A program made the position numbers and the translations under genes. Positions 1 through 7,547 of a stretch of 55,794 bases of DNA are shown piece after piece; positions within the stretch are counted from its first letter, which is position 1, and each line of letters starts with the position of its first letter. The stretch is from a virus, in the IMG/VR virus record IMGVR_UViG_3300045988_029329, positions 1 through 55,794 of that record; one strand, written 5' to 3'. The notes under the pieces are model-generated. The model was given only the letters and a program-made list of their open reading frames with translations, did no database searches and was not told the origin of the DNA.

Positions 1-77
1 GATGAACTTTACAACGGAATCAGTAAAATCGAGCCTGTCAAGAGGCCTTTTTGATTAAAAACACAATATATTGTGTT
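1..77. repeat. 77-bp terminal direct repeat identical to 55718..55794 (circular-assembly overlap)
   Basis: GATGAACTTTACAACGG...CAATATATTGTGTT occurs exactly at both window ends. Positions 1..54 re-read the last 17 codons plus TGA of the terminase ORF. Confidence 0.95.
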
Positions 78-93
78 CGCTGGGTCTATTTAT

Positions 94-123
94 TTGATTT
101 CATCACTTGACAAGGCTTATAAT
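94..123 (+). promoter_or_regulatory. candidate promoter TTGATT-18 nt-TATAAT ahead of the tRNA/structured-RNA region
   Basis: TTGATT at 94-99 and TATAAT at 118-123. No credible ORF follows for about 580 nt. Confidence 0.3.
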
Positions 124-164
124 GTACGCAGGAAGTTTTGCAACTTCCCTTAAAGGAATAGCTT

Positions 165-196
165 GCACGCGAGGTTTTGTCATTTTACTCGCGTGC
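165..196 (+). other. RNA hairpin A: 9-bp stem GCACGCGAG/CTCGCGTGC, loop GTTTTGTCATTTTA
   Basis: Perfect complementarity 165-173/188-196. The loop is nearly identical to the loop of hairpin B. Confidence 0.5.
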
Positions 197-268
197 GTGT
201 CAACAAGCATATTCCTCCTTTCACCGGTGGAGGTTTTCTCACTCTTTCGCCTTCACCGGGCTTTATAT

Positions 269-349
269 GTTGCGTTTCCAATTGTTTGGGGAATGCCAGT
301 CTGTCTCCCCCACTGCTGGCAAGCAACGGTTCGATTCCGTTACGCAGCA
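269..349 (+). ncRNA. tRNA-like element (canonical T-arm and acceptor stem, 16-nt anticodon loop); non-canonical tRNA or tRNA pseudogene
   Basis: Acceptor GTTGCGT/ACGCAGC. D-arm TTCC-AATTGTTTGG-GGAA. Stem GCCAG/CTGGC encloses TCTGTCTCCCCCACTG. T-arm AACGG-TTCGATT-CCGTT. Confidence 0.4.
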
Positions 350-419
350 CAACGATTCACTTCTGTTTTCATGGAAATTTTCCTTTTACAACCTCCAATC
401 GTTATTCCCGGCTCTCGAT

Positions 420-449
420 GAAATGGGTTTTGTGACATTTTACCATTTC
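420..449 (+). other. RNA hairpin B: 7-bp stem GAAATGG/CCATTTC, loop GTTTTGTGACATTTTA
   Basis: The stem sequence is unrelated to hairpin A. The loop is the same apart from a 2-nt insertion. Confidence 0.5.
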
Positions 450-482
450 AAAGAGCAACGATGAATCAAGCCGGGTACATGA

Positions 483-559
483 CACAGAGTGGAGCAGTTT
501 TGTAGCTCGTCGGGTTCATAGCCCGAAGGTCGGTGGTTCAAATCCATCTTCTGTGTCCA
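483..559 (+). tRNA. tRNA-Met (anticodon CAT), CCA encoded
   Basis: Hand-folded cloverleaf: acceptor CACAGAG/TTCTGTG, D GAGC/GCTC, anticodon stem TCGGG/CCCGA with loop TTCATAG, T-arm GGTGG-TTCAAAT-CCATC, then T-CCA. The D-loop lacks GG. Confidence 0.75.
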
Positions 560-710
560 TCAGCGATTTGCTCCAGTCGGGGCAATCGTGGCTTTTGACA
601 CCCGACAAGTCAGAGCCTAGCATGACTGGTAGTGCGAACAGTTTCCCAGTAGCTTCTGACAGGTCTGTGCTAAACAGCCTGTTTCCAGAAATTCAACGAA
701 AGGAGTGCTC

Positions 711-893
711 ATGCTAGTTAGAATCTGTTGCCCTTGTATCAGGCAGAATCCAATCTATAAGAACGTCCGCTGCAACCGCTATCTTGGCGAAGTAGACGGA
801 CGATACCATTTCAAGTGCGACAGATGCAAGGGCATTATCGAAGGAGATACAAGGGAAGGATGGGTGAAAATCATCCATCCACCGGAAAAGTAA
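711..893 (+). CDS. small zinc-ribbon protein (Mu Com-like pattern)
   Basis: AAGGAG RBS 5 nt upstream of the ATG. Contains CCPC ... RC ... CDRC cysteine pairs. 60 aa. Confidence 0.45.
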   Translation: MLVRICCPCIRQNPIYKNVRCNRYLGEVDGRYHFKCDRCKGIIEGDTREGWVKIIHPPEK

Positions 894-984
894 ATAGCTT
901 TTGAAGCGCAGTTTTGGCGCAGTGAGATAGACCTTAACAGGTTTGTCTTGCTGCGCTTTTTATTTTGCCGGAAAGGAGGAACAC

Positions 985-2424
985 ATGGCTGAGTATCAGA
1001 TGGTTGTTGACGGATTCTTGAATAAGCCGCTGACCGGACGTAGACCGATTGAAACGCCGGAGACGGAAATCAATCGGGAGAACGTGCTGAAAGTGGTCAT
1101 GGGCAAGGCGGAGCCTATTCATCTGCTAAATAAGAACGAGATTCGCTTTCTGCACAACTACTACTTGGGTAGCCAGCCTGTTCTCCACCGTACGAAGGAA
1201 TACCACGCTGAAATCACCAACCGCATTGTAGAGAACCACGCCAATGAATGCGTGGGCTTTTACACAGGTTACATGAGCGGCACGCCTTGCTCTTATGTGC
1301 GGTCTGAAACGGCAACAGGTGACGGTGAGGAAATCGCCCGGCTGTCTAACGCCTTGCAGTATGAGGGCAAGGACGCGCTTGATCGGCGGCTCTGGCAGTG
1401 GATGTTGGAGTGTGGACAGGGATACCGCATCGTTCTTCCTGACAAGGGGTATGGCGGCAACTACCCGGACGAAACACCCCTGCTGGTGGACGTTCCAGAC
1501 CCTGACATGGCGTATGTGATTTACAACTCCGGCATCGGTCACAAGCCGATTGCCAACGTGCTGCATATCCCGCGCAATTATCAGAATGACCTGAACGACC
1601 TGATTTGCGTGTACACGCCAAACCAGTACTTTGAAATCGACAACGGCAAGATCACAAAATCTGAAAGCCATTCTCTGGGGATGCTTCCGATGGTCGAATA
1701 CAAGCTCAACCCGGAGCGCATGGGTCTGTTTGAACCGGCTATCCCTGTGCTGGATGCCATCAACGACCTTGAAAGCAACCGTCTGGACGGCGTGGCACAG
1801 TTCATTCAGTCCATCATGGTGTTTACCAACTGCCTTGTGGACGAAGAAGCCTTAAAAGCTGTTAAGGCTATGGGCGCAATGTGCCTGAAGTCATCTTCCG
1901 GTCAGCCAGCTTCGGTCGCACAGCTTGCAAACGAGCTTGACCAGCAGCAGAGCCAGACCTTGCTTGATTCCATGTTGAACGTGTACCGCAGCCTGACTGC
2001 TATGCCTAGTGCCACTGGCAGTGAAAACGCAACGTCTGACAACGTGGGCGCAGTTATCGTTCGTAACGGTTGGAATCACACCGAAGCAAGGGCGCAGCAG
2101 TATGAGAATATGTTCAAGTTCTCGGAACGCCAAAGCTTGTCTGTAATGCTGAAAATCCTGCGTGATACGGCTGGCTCTAAGCTGATGGCAAGTGACATCA
2201 ACATCAAACTGCCCCGCCGTCAGTACGATAACCAGCAGAGCAAGGTTCAGATTTTCGCACAGATGCTTAGCCAGAGCATTGACCCGCAGTTGGCGTTCAC
2301 AACGCCCGGTCTGTTCCCTGACCCGCAGGCTGCTTACGAAATGAGCAAACCGTTCTTGATTGCCGCTGGCAAGCTGGGCGAGGATGGGAAAGCACCGAAG
2401 CCGAGACAAGCAGTCTACCGATAG
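985..2424 (+). CDS. portal protein
   Basis: 479 aa. GGAGG RBS. First large ORF after the terminase across the circular junction, followed by scaffold and capsid genes. Confidence 0.75.
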   Translation: MAEYQMVVDGFLNKPLTGRRPIETPETEINRENVLKVVMGKAEPIHLLNKNEIRFLHNYYLGSQPVLHRTKEYHAEITNRIVENHANECVGFYTGYMSGTPCSYVRSETATGDGEEIARLSNALQYEGKDALDRRLWQWMLECGQGYRIVLPDKGYGGNYPDETPLLVDVPDPDMAYVIYNSGIGHKPIANVLHIPRNYQNDLNDLICVYTPNQYFEIDNGKITKSESHSLGMLPMVEYKLNPERMGLFEPAIPVLDAINDLESNRLDGVAQFIQSIMVFTNCLVDEEALKAVKAMGAMCLKSSSGQPASVAQLANELDQQQSQTLLDSMLNVYRSLTAMPSATGSENATSDNVGAVIVRNGWNHTEARAQQYENMFKFSERQSLSVMLKILRDTAGSKLMASDINIKLPRRQYDNQQSKVQIFAQMLSQSIDPQLAFTTPGLFPDPQAAYEMSKPFLIAAGKLGEDGKAPKPRQAVYR

Positions 2425-2541
2425 CAATAAAGAAACAGAGGGCGAATAACCCTTTGCATATTCCGGCAGGGAAGCCGGGATACAAATTTCGCAGCGTTGC
2501 AGGGAAGCAACGGTAAAAAAACGCAGGAGGAAATTAACAAT

Positions 2542-3123
2542 ATGAACTACAAAGCGTTACTTGGTGATGCCTACAAAGAGGGCATGACCGCCGATGAAAT
2601 CATTTCTGCGCTTGAAAAGGTTGCAGACCCTAGCGCAGAGGTCGAGAAGCTGCGCAACGCCGTAACGAAAGCCAACGGTGAAGCAGCCGAGTACAAGAAG
2701 CAGCTCAAGGCAAAGCGCACCGATGACGAGAACGCCGCACAGGAACAGGCTGACAAGCTGGCAGAAATGCAGAAACAGATTGAAGCCCTGACTGCTGACA
2801 AGGAAAACCTCGTCAAGGAAAAAACCCTTGCATCTTACCGTGAAAAGTTCGTTGCACAGGGTTATGACGCTGAACTGGCTGGCAAGGCTGCATCTGCGCT
2901 GGCTGACGGCGACATGGACAAGGTGTTTAAGTTCCAATCGGAATTTATGACCGCCCATGACACCGCATACAAGGCTTCTTTGCTGAAGGATATGCCCACG
3001 CCTCCGGGTGCGGATGGCAAGGGCGGCTCTGACAGCGAAGGCGTGGCGTTTGCTAAGAGCCTTGCACAGCAGAACGTAAATACTTCTAAGGCATCGAGTG
3101 ACGCAATGAGTGCTTTCCATTAA
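2542..3123 (+). CDS. scaffolding protein (GP20-like, coiled-coil)
   Basis: AGGAGG RBS. N-terminus MNYKALLGDAYKEGMTADEI. The body is rich in K/E/A heptads. Sits between portal and capsid genes. Confidence 0.65.
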   Translation: MNYKALLGDAYKEGMTADEIISALEKVADPSAEVEKLRNAVTKANGEAAEYKKQLKAKRTDDENAAQEQADKLAEMQKQIEALTADKENLVKEKTLASYREKFVAQGYDAELAGKAASALADGDMDKVFKFQSEFMTAHDTAYKASLLKDMPTPPGADGKGGSDSEGVAFAKSLAQQNVNTSKASSDAMSAFH

Positions 3124-3136
3124 CAAGGAGGAAAAC

Positions 3137-3505
3137 ATGAAGTTTACCCGAAACACGGTCAACGGAATCAACGATACCATCCTTGCTTCCAATGACTACA
3201 CCGCCATTCCCTTTACCGTGACCGAAACTGCTGCGGTTAAGGCTGGCTATCCCATGACGTTGGCTGGCAAGAAAGCTGTTGCTGCTGGCGAGACTGGTTC
3301 TAAGACGATCAACGCTGACGGCATCCTACTGTATGACGTTGACCCGGAAGAGAACCCCAACGCCGCCCTGCTGATTCGTGGTGTTATCGACACCAAGAAG
3401 GCAGCGGCAAGTTCCAGCTTCACCTTTGACGCTGACGCAATCAAGGCACTCAAGACTGCCGTTCCTGGCATCTTCTGCCGTGACAACATCAGCGTGAACG
3501 CTTAA
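3137..3505 (+). CDS. head decoration protein (lambda gpD-like)
   Basis: 122 aa, directly upstream of an E-type capsid gene. The pattern PMTLAG..ADGILLYDV..IRGVID resembles gpD PLMLDT..AVGILAV. Confidence 0.5.
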   Translation: MKFTRNTVNGINDTILASNDYTAIPFTVTETAAVKAGYPMTLAGKKAVAAGETGSKTINADGILLYDVDPEENPNAALLIRGVIDTKKAAASSSFTFDADAIKALKTAVPGIFCRDNISVNA

Positions 3506-3521
3506 TAGGAGGTAAAACAAC

Positions 3522-4598
3522 ATGGCACTGAATCTTAAGGAAGTCTTTGCCCCGGCTGCGATTGCCGCCTATTGGACGAATGACCCTACTAATGCGATGC
3601 CCTTTGCATCTGACGCACTGTTCCCCGCTCAGAAAAAGGCTGGTCTTGACCTGAAGTGGATTCGCGGCCACAAGGGTGTTGGCGTGTCTCTGATGCCCAG
3701 CGCATTTGACGCAAAGGCTACGTTCCGCACCCGTGAGGGCTTCAAGTTCGATGAGACCGAGATGCCGTTCTTCCGTGAGGGCTACCATCTGGGTGAGAAA
3801 GACCGTCAGGAAATCTTGCGTGTTCTCGACAGCAACGACCCCTATGCCCGTGACGTTGTGAAGCGCATTTATGATGATGTAAGCGATCTCGTCACCGGCG
3901 CACGCATCGTGCCTGAACGTATGATTTGGCAGTTGCTGGCTCCTGCAAATGGCACTCCCGGCATCACCATCAAGGCAAACGGTGTGAACTACACTTACAA
4001 TTACGACCCTGATGGAACGTGGAAAAAAAGCAATTACAAGGCACTGACAACTTCCGCAAAGTGGGACACTCCCGCTTCTGCTACGCCTATTTCTGACCTG
4101 ATTGCTGCGGCCGATGCTGTCAATGATGCAACTGGTGAAGAAGTCACTCGCGTCTTTATGAACAAGGCTACGCTCGCGAAGATGATTGCTGCTGATGAAG
4201 TAAAGAACCGATTCCTTACCATCAACAATCGAACCACTTCCGTTCTCACCGCGAATGAAGCAAAGGAAGTTGTTCGTCAGGCAACTGGCCTTGAGATTTT
4301 CACCTACAACAAGAAGTATCGTCCTGAAGGCGGTGGTGACACCGCAAAATATCTTCCTGACGGTTATGTTGTTCTGGCTCCTGATGGCAAACTCGGTACG
4401 ACTTGGTATGGCACTACCCCTGAGGAAGCCGATCTGATGTCCGGCCAGTCCGGCGCATCCGTGTCCATTGTGAACACCGGCGTTGCCATTACCACCGAGT
4501 TGACCGTGCATCCTGTCAACACTAACATCTATGCTTCTGAAATCGTCCTGCCGTCCTTTGAGCGCATGGACGCTGTGTACTGCATCAAGGCTTACTAA
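3522..4598 (+). CDS. major capsid protein (lambda gpE / Phage_cap_E type)
   Basis: 358 aa. N-terminus MALNLKEVFAPAAIAAYW...DALFPAQKKAGLDLKWIRG is typical of the E-family. The position also fits. Confidence 0.8.
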   Translation: MALNLKEVFAPAAIAAYWTNDPTNAMPFASDALFPAQKKAGLDLKWIRGHKGVGVSLMPSAFDAKATFRTREGFKFDETEMPFFREGYHLGEKDRQEILRVLDSNDPYARDVVKRIYDDVSDLVTGARIVPERMIWQLLAPANGTPGITIKANGVNYTYNYDPDGTWKKSNYKALTTSAKWDTPASATPISDLIAAADAVNDATGEEVTRVFMNKATLAKMIAADEVKNRFLTINNRTTSVLTANEAKEVVRQATGLEIFTYNKKYRPEGGGDTAKYLPDGYVVLAPDGKLGTTWYGTTPEEADLMSGQSGASVSIVNTGVAITTELTVHPVNTNIYASEIVLPSFERMDAVYCIKAY

Positions 4599-4618
4599 GG
4601 CGAAAGGAGGAAAGCAGC

Positions 4619-4963
4619 ATGGGAGACCAGTATTCCGAAGCGGCAGTCAAGCTGGGGCAGTACATTGCTCCTGCACTTGACCGTGAAGTCACGGACGAGG
4701 ACTACTCACTCTTCGACCTGCTGCTTGATTTCGCCAAAGACAAGATATTTGCACAGGGCTACCCTTTCGGCAACAGGCCGGACGAGTTGCCCTTGCAGTA
4801 TCAGTCGTTGCAGATACGCATCGCAGCGGAACTGTACAACCACATCGGAGCAAACGGACAAACGAGCTATACCAACAACGGCATTACTCGTGTGTGGGAA
4901 AGCTCTGATGTGGCGCAGTCCCTGCTGAATGAAGTGGTTCCGAGAGTAGGTGTTATCGGCTGA
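4619..4963 (+). CDS. head-tail connector (gp6-like)
   Basis: 114 aa. Position is immediately after the capsid gene, with an ATGA overlap to the next ORF. Confidence 0.5.
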   Translation: MGDQYSEAAVKLGQYIAPALDREVTDEDYSLFDLLLDFAKDKIFAQGYPFGNRPDELPLQYQSLQIRIAAELYNHIGANGQTSYTNNGITRVWESSDVAQSLLNEVVPRVGVIG

Positions 4964-5340
4964 TGTTCAATGGTAGCCCGCTGGATAAACGCCCACTGTG
5001 GTACTCAAACCCGGTCGGCGAGAAAAAGCCTGTTGTGGACGAATGGGGAAACGAAACTGGCGAATCGGCATACGAATCGTGGAGTGAACCCGCAAAGCTG
5101 ATGTTGAACGTCAGCCCTCCTACTGGTTCTGCTGAGGCAAGCCCTTTTGGAGCGTTCACGGATTACAGCTATGTGGTCAGTTCGTCCAGCAAAAAGCATA
5201 ACACTCCACTTTATGAGGGTACGCACGTTTGGTTTCAGACGGACGTTTCAAAGCCCTTCAACTACATTGTGGTCAAGGTCGCAGAGCATATCACGGACAC
5301 GTTGTATGCGCTGAAGGAGGTGGCCGCAAGTGAAAATTAA
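4963..5340 (+). CDS. head closure / head-tail adaptor protein
   Basis: 125 aa. Call rests on synteny only. Confidence 0.4.
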   Translation: MFNGSPLDKRPLWYSNPVGEKKPVVDEWGNETGESAYESWSEPAKLMLNVSPPTGSAEASPFGAFTDYSYVVSSSSKKHNTPLYEGTHVWFQTDVSKPFNYIVVKVAEHITDTLYALKEVAASEN

Positions 5341-5857
5341 AGTGAGGTTGAGCGATGCCGGACTTCGTGATGCGGAACGTCAGATACAGGAGTACAAGAC
5401 CACCCTGAATCAAAAAGCACAGGAGTTTGCGATGGCGTTGGCTCAAAAAGGCATTGACGTTGCAACAGTGAAGTTTGCTAACGCACAGTACGCTGGAGAC
5501 AACGATGTTACGGTTGAGCGCGACCCTGTACAGACACCTAATGGCTTTGCGATTGTAGCTCACGGAAAGGCAGTTGCCTTTATCGAGTTTGGCACTGGCG
5601 CACATCATAACGGATATGGCGGACAACTTCCGCCCGGTGTCGGTGCGCATGGCTCCTATGGTAAAGGACATGGCGCACAACGCCGCTGGTATTACTACGG
5701 CGAATCCGGAAACGCCGGAACGCCTGTTAAGCAGGTCGATGGCAAGGGCCAGTTGAACTACACCAGCGGTAACGAACCGGCTATGGCTATGTGGGGGGCT
5801 GTTGAGGAAATGGCTTCTCAGGTAGAAGCAACGTGGAGGGAGGTCTGGAATAGTTGA
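5330..5857 (+). CDS. HK97 gp10-like neck/tail-completion protein
   Basis: 175 aa. The motif AFIEFGTGAHH resembles the gp10-family vEfGt motif. Confidence 0.5.
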   Translation: MKIKVRLSDAGLRDAERQIQEYKTTLNQKAQEFAMALAQKGIDVATVKFANAQYAGDNDVTVERDPVQTPNGFAIVAHGKAVAFIEFGTGAHHNGYGGQLPPGVGAHGSYGKGHGAQRRWYYYGESGNAGTPVKQVDGKGQLNYTSGNEPAMAMWGAVEEMASQVEATWREVWNS

Positions 5858-6255
5858 TTGATTATTTCAATTCCATCTTCACGGCTGTTGCGACCGAACT
5901 TCGGAAACAGGTTCCCGGCATCTTCGTCACTGGTGAAATCAACGACAGCAACGTCAAGAAGTTTCCGTGTGTGCAGATAGAGGAAAACAGCAACCTCCCG
6001 GTTCATCGGGATTCTGCCAGCAGAAGCAAGTATGCTGCCGTTTCTCTGCGTGTGCGTGTCTATTCCAACAAAACAAGCGGACGCATTGCGGAAGCCCGCT
6101 CTATTGTGGGCATCGTGGATTCTGTATTGGAACCGCTCAATTTTTATCGAAAATCGTTTGCCCCGTTGAATGGGCTGTACAACAATTCCGTCTATCGGAT
6201 TGATTGCAGCTATGGGGCAACAATCGGAGAGGACGGAATGATTTACCGAAACTAA
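5854..6255 (+). CDS. tail terminator / tail completion protein
   Basis: 133 aa. Call rests on synteny, upstream of the major tail protein. Confidence 0.4.
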   Translation: MIDYFNSIFTAVATELRKQVPGIFVTGEINDSNVKKFPCVQIEENSNLPVHRDSASRSKYAAVSLRVRVYSNKTSGRIAEARSIVGIVDSVLEPLNFYRKSFAPLNGLYNNSVYRIDCSYGATIGEDGMIYRN

Positions 6256-6270
6256 GGAGGTAAACATTCT

Positions 6271-6708
6271 ATGAGTACTGCTATCTCCGGTCTGAATACC
6301 ACCCTGTATTGTGGTGCTACCGAGTCTGCATTGACGAAGTTGTGTGACATCAAGGATGTCCCGGATATGATTTCCGATCCGAACCTTCTGGATGCCACCA
6401 CCCTGTCCGATCCGATGCAGAAGCAGATTTTTGGTATTAACCAGTCCGATATTAAGGCGTTTACCGCAAACTACAACAAGGAAGATTACGAATCGGTTCA
6501 GAAAGCTGGCTACGATGAATCTGCCGAAGAGAACCCCGACAAGTACTATGCAATTAAGATGCAGGACGGCTCCGGCTTCACTTGGCAGGGTATGCATCAG
6601 GTTGGTCTGTCCGGCTTTGGCGTGGATGAGGTTGTGGAAATGACCATCAACTGCATTTTCCACACCAAGCCGAAGTTCGTTAAGGCGCTGACCATCAACG
6701 GCGGCTAA
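6271..6708 (+). CDS. major tail protein
   Basis: 145 aa. AGGAGG RBS. Last gene before the chaperone pair and tape measure. Confidence 0.6.
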   Translation: MSTAISGLNTTLYCGATESALTKLCDIKDVPDMISDPNLLDATTLSDPMQKQIFGINQSDIKAFTANYNKEDYESVQKAGYDESAEENPDKYYAIKMQDGSGFTWQGMHQVGLSGFGVDEVVEMTINCIFHTKPKFVKALTINGG

Positions 6709-6792
6709 ACCGCAAAAATCGAATCAATCAAACCGGGCAGAACTGAACATTGGATTTGGTTCTGCCCCTATTTATAAAGGAGAGCATTTATT

Positions 6793-7140
6793 ATGGCTGC
6801 AAAGGTTATCAATTTTCATTCCCCCGATGGCAAGAATACTTATGAGCTGACTTTCACCCGTGACAGCGTGGAAGCTACCGAACGTGCAGGCTTTCAGATT
6901 GGCCAGTACACCCAGATGACCAACCTGCTGTCCAACTCCCGCGCCCTGTTCTACGGCGCGTTTATCGCCCGGAATCGTGGCATCAAGCGTAAAGTCGTGG
7001 ACGAAATGTTTGCCCATATCGATGAGAAGGAAGAGCTGATGGCTGCGCTGCTTGAGATGTTCATGGACGCTTCCAAGTCCCTGCTGGCAACTGATACTGA
7101 GGACAAGACCGCAAAAAACGCAACGTGGGAGATTGTGTAA
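6793..7140 (+). CDS. tail assembly chaperone (gpG analogue)
   Basis: 115 aa. Immediately upstream of the tape measure. Ends just after an A_AAA_AAC slippery heptamer. Confidence 0.6.
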   Translation: MAAKVINFHSPDGKNTYELTFTRDSVEATERAGFQIGQYTQMTNLLSNSRALFYGAFIARNRGIKRKVVDEMFAHIDEKEELMAALLEMFMDASKSLLATDTEDKTAKNATWEIV

Positions 7141-7547
7141 CCGCACAATCTCAAGAAACAGACGGAGAGGAAGAGCCATTCTCCTTCTCCAAGCTGTTCC
7201 ACGATGTAGAAGCCTATTACATCTCCATCGGCATGACCTACGAGCAGTTCTGGCACGGCGATGTCTGGCTGGCAAAGGTCTACCGTGACGCAGAGGAACT
7301 GCGGGAACGCAGAGCCAACACGGAAGCGTGGAGAAACGGATTTTACATGGCATCTGCGCTTTCCTCTACGGTTGGCAATATGTTCCGAAAGAAAGGGTCT
7401 AGCCCCATCAAGTACATGGATAGGCCGATTCCCCTTACCCAAAAGGAGAAAGACGAGTATGAATACCAACGCGCAGTTGAGGCGCAGGAGCGAATCAAGA
7501 GAATGATGTTCTCTATGATGGAAAGTGATGGTGGTAGCGATGGCTGA
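6793..7547 (+). CDS. tail assembly chaperone G-T fusion via -1 programmed frameshift
   Basis: The zero frame reads GCA AAA AAC. The -1 frame is open from 7119 to 7547 and overlaps the tape measure start. Confidence 0.55.
7113..7119 (+). promoter_or_regulatory. -1 ribosomal frameshift slippery site A_AAA_AAC
   Basis: An X_XXY_YYZ heptamer in the correct phase, 7 codons before the gpG-like stop. Confidence 0.55.

Noticed and set aside
107-123. TTGACA at 107-112 as the -35 box for TATAAT at 118-123
   Set aside because: The spacer would be only 5 nt. The weaker TTGATT at 94-99, with an 18-nt spacer, is the only geometrically possible partner.
107-464. Three overlapping plus-strand ORFs (104, 90 and 95 aa) in the terminase-portal gap
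   Set aside because: They overlap each other in all three frames and have no RBS. Their compositions are odd. They cover a tRNA-like element and multiple perfect hairpins. The region is better explained as structured non-coding RNA.
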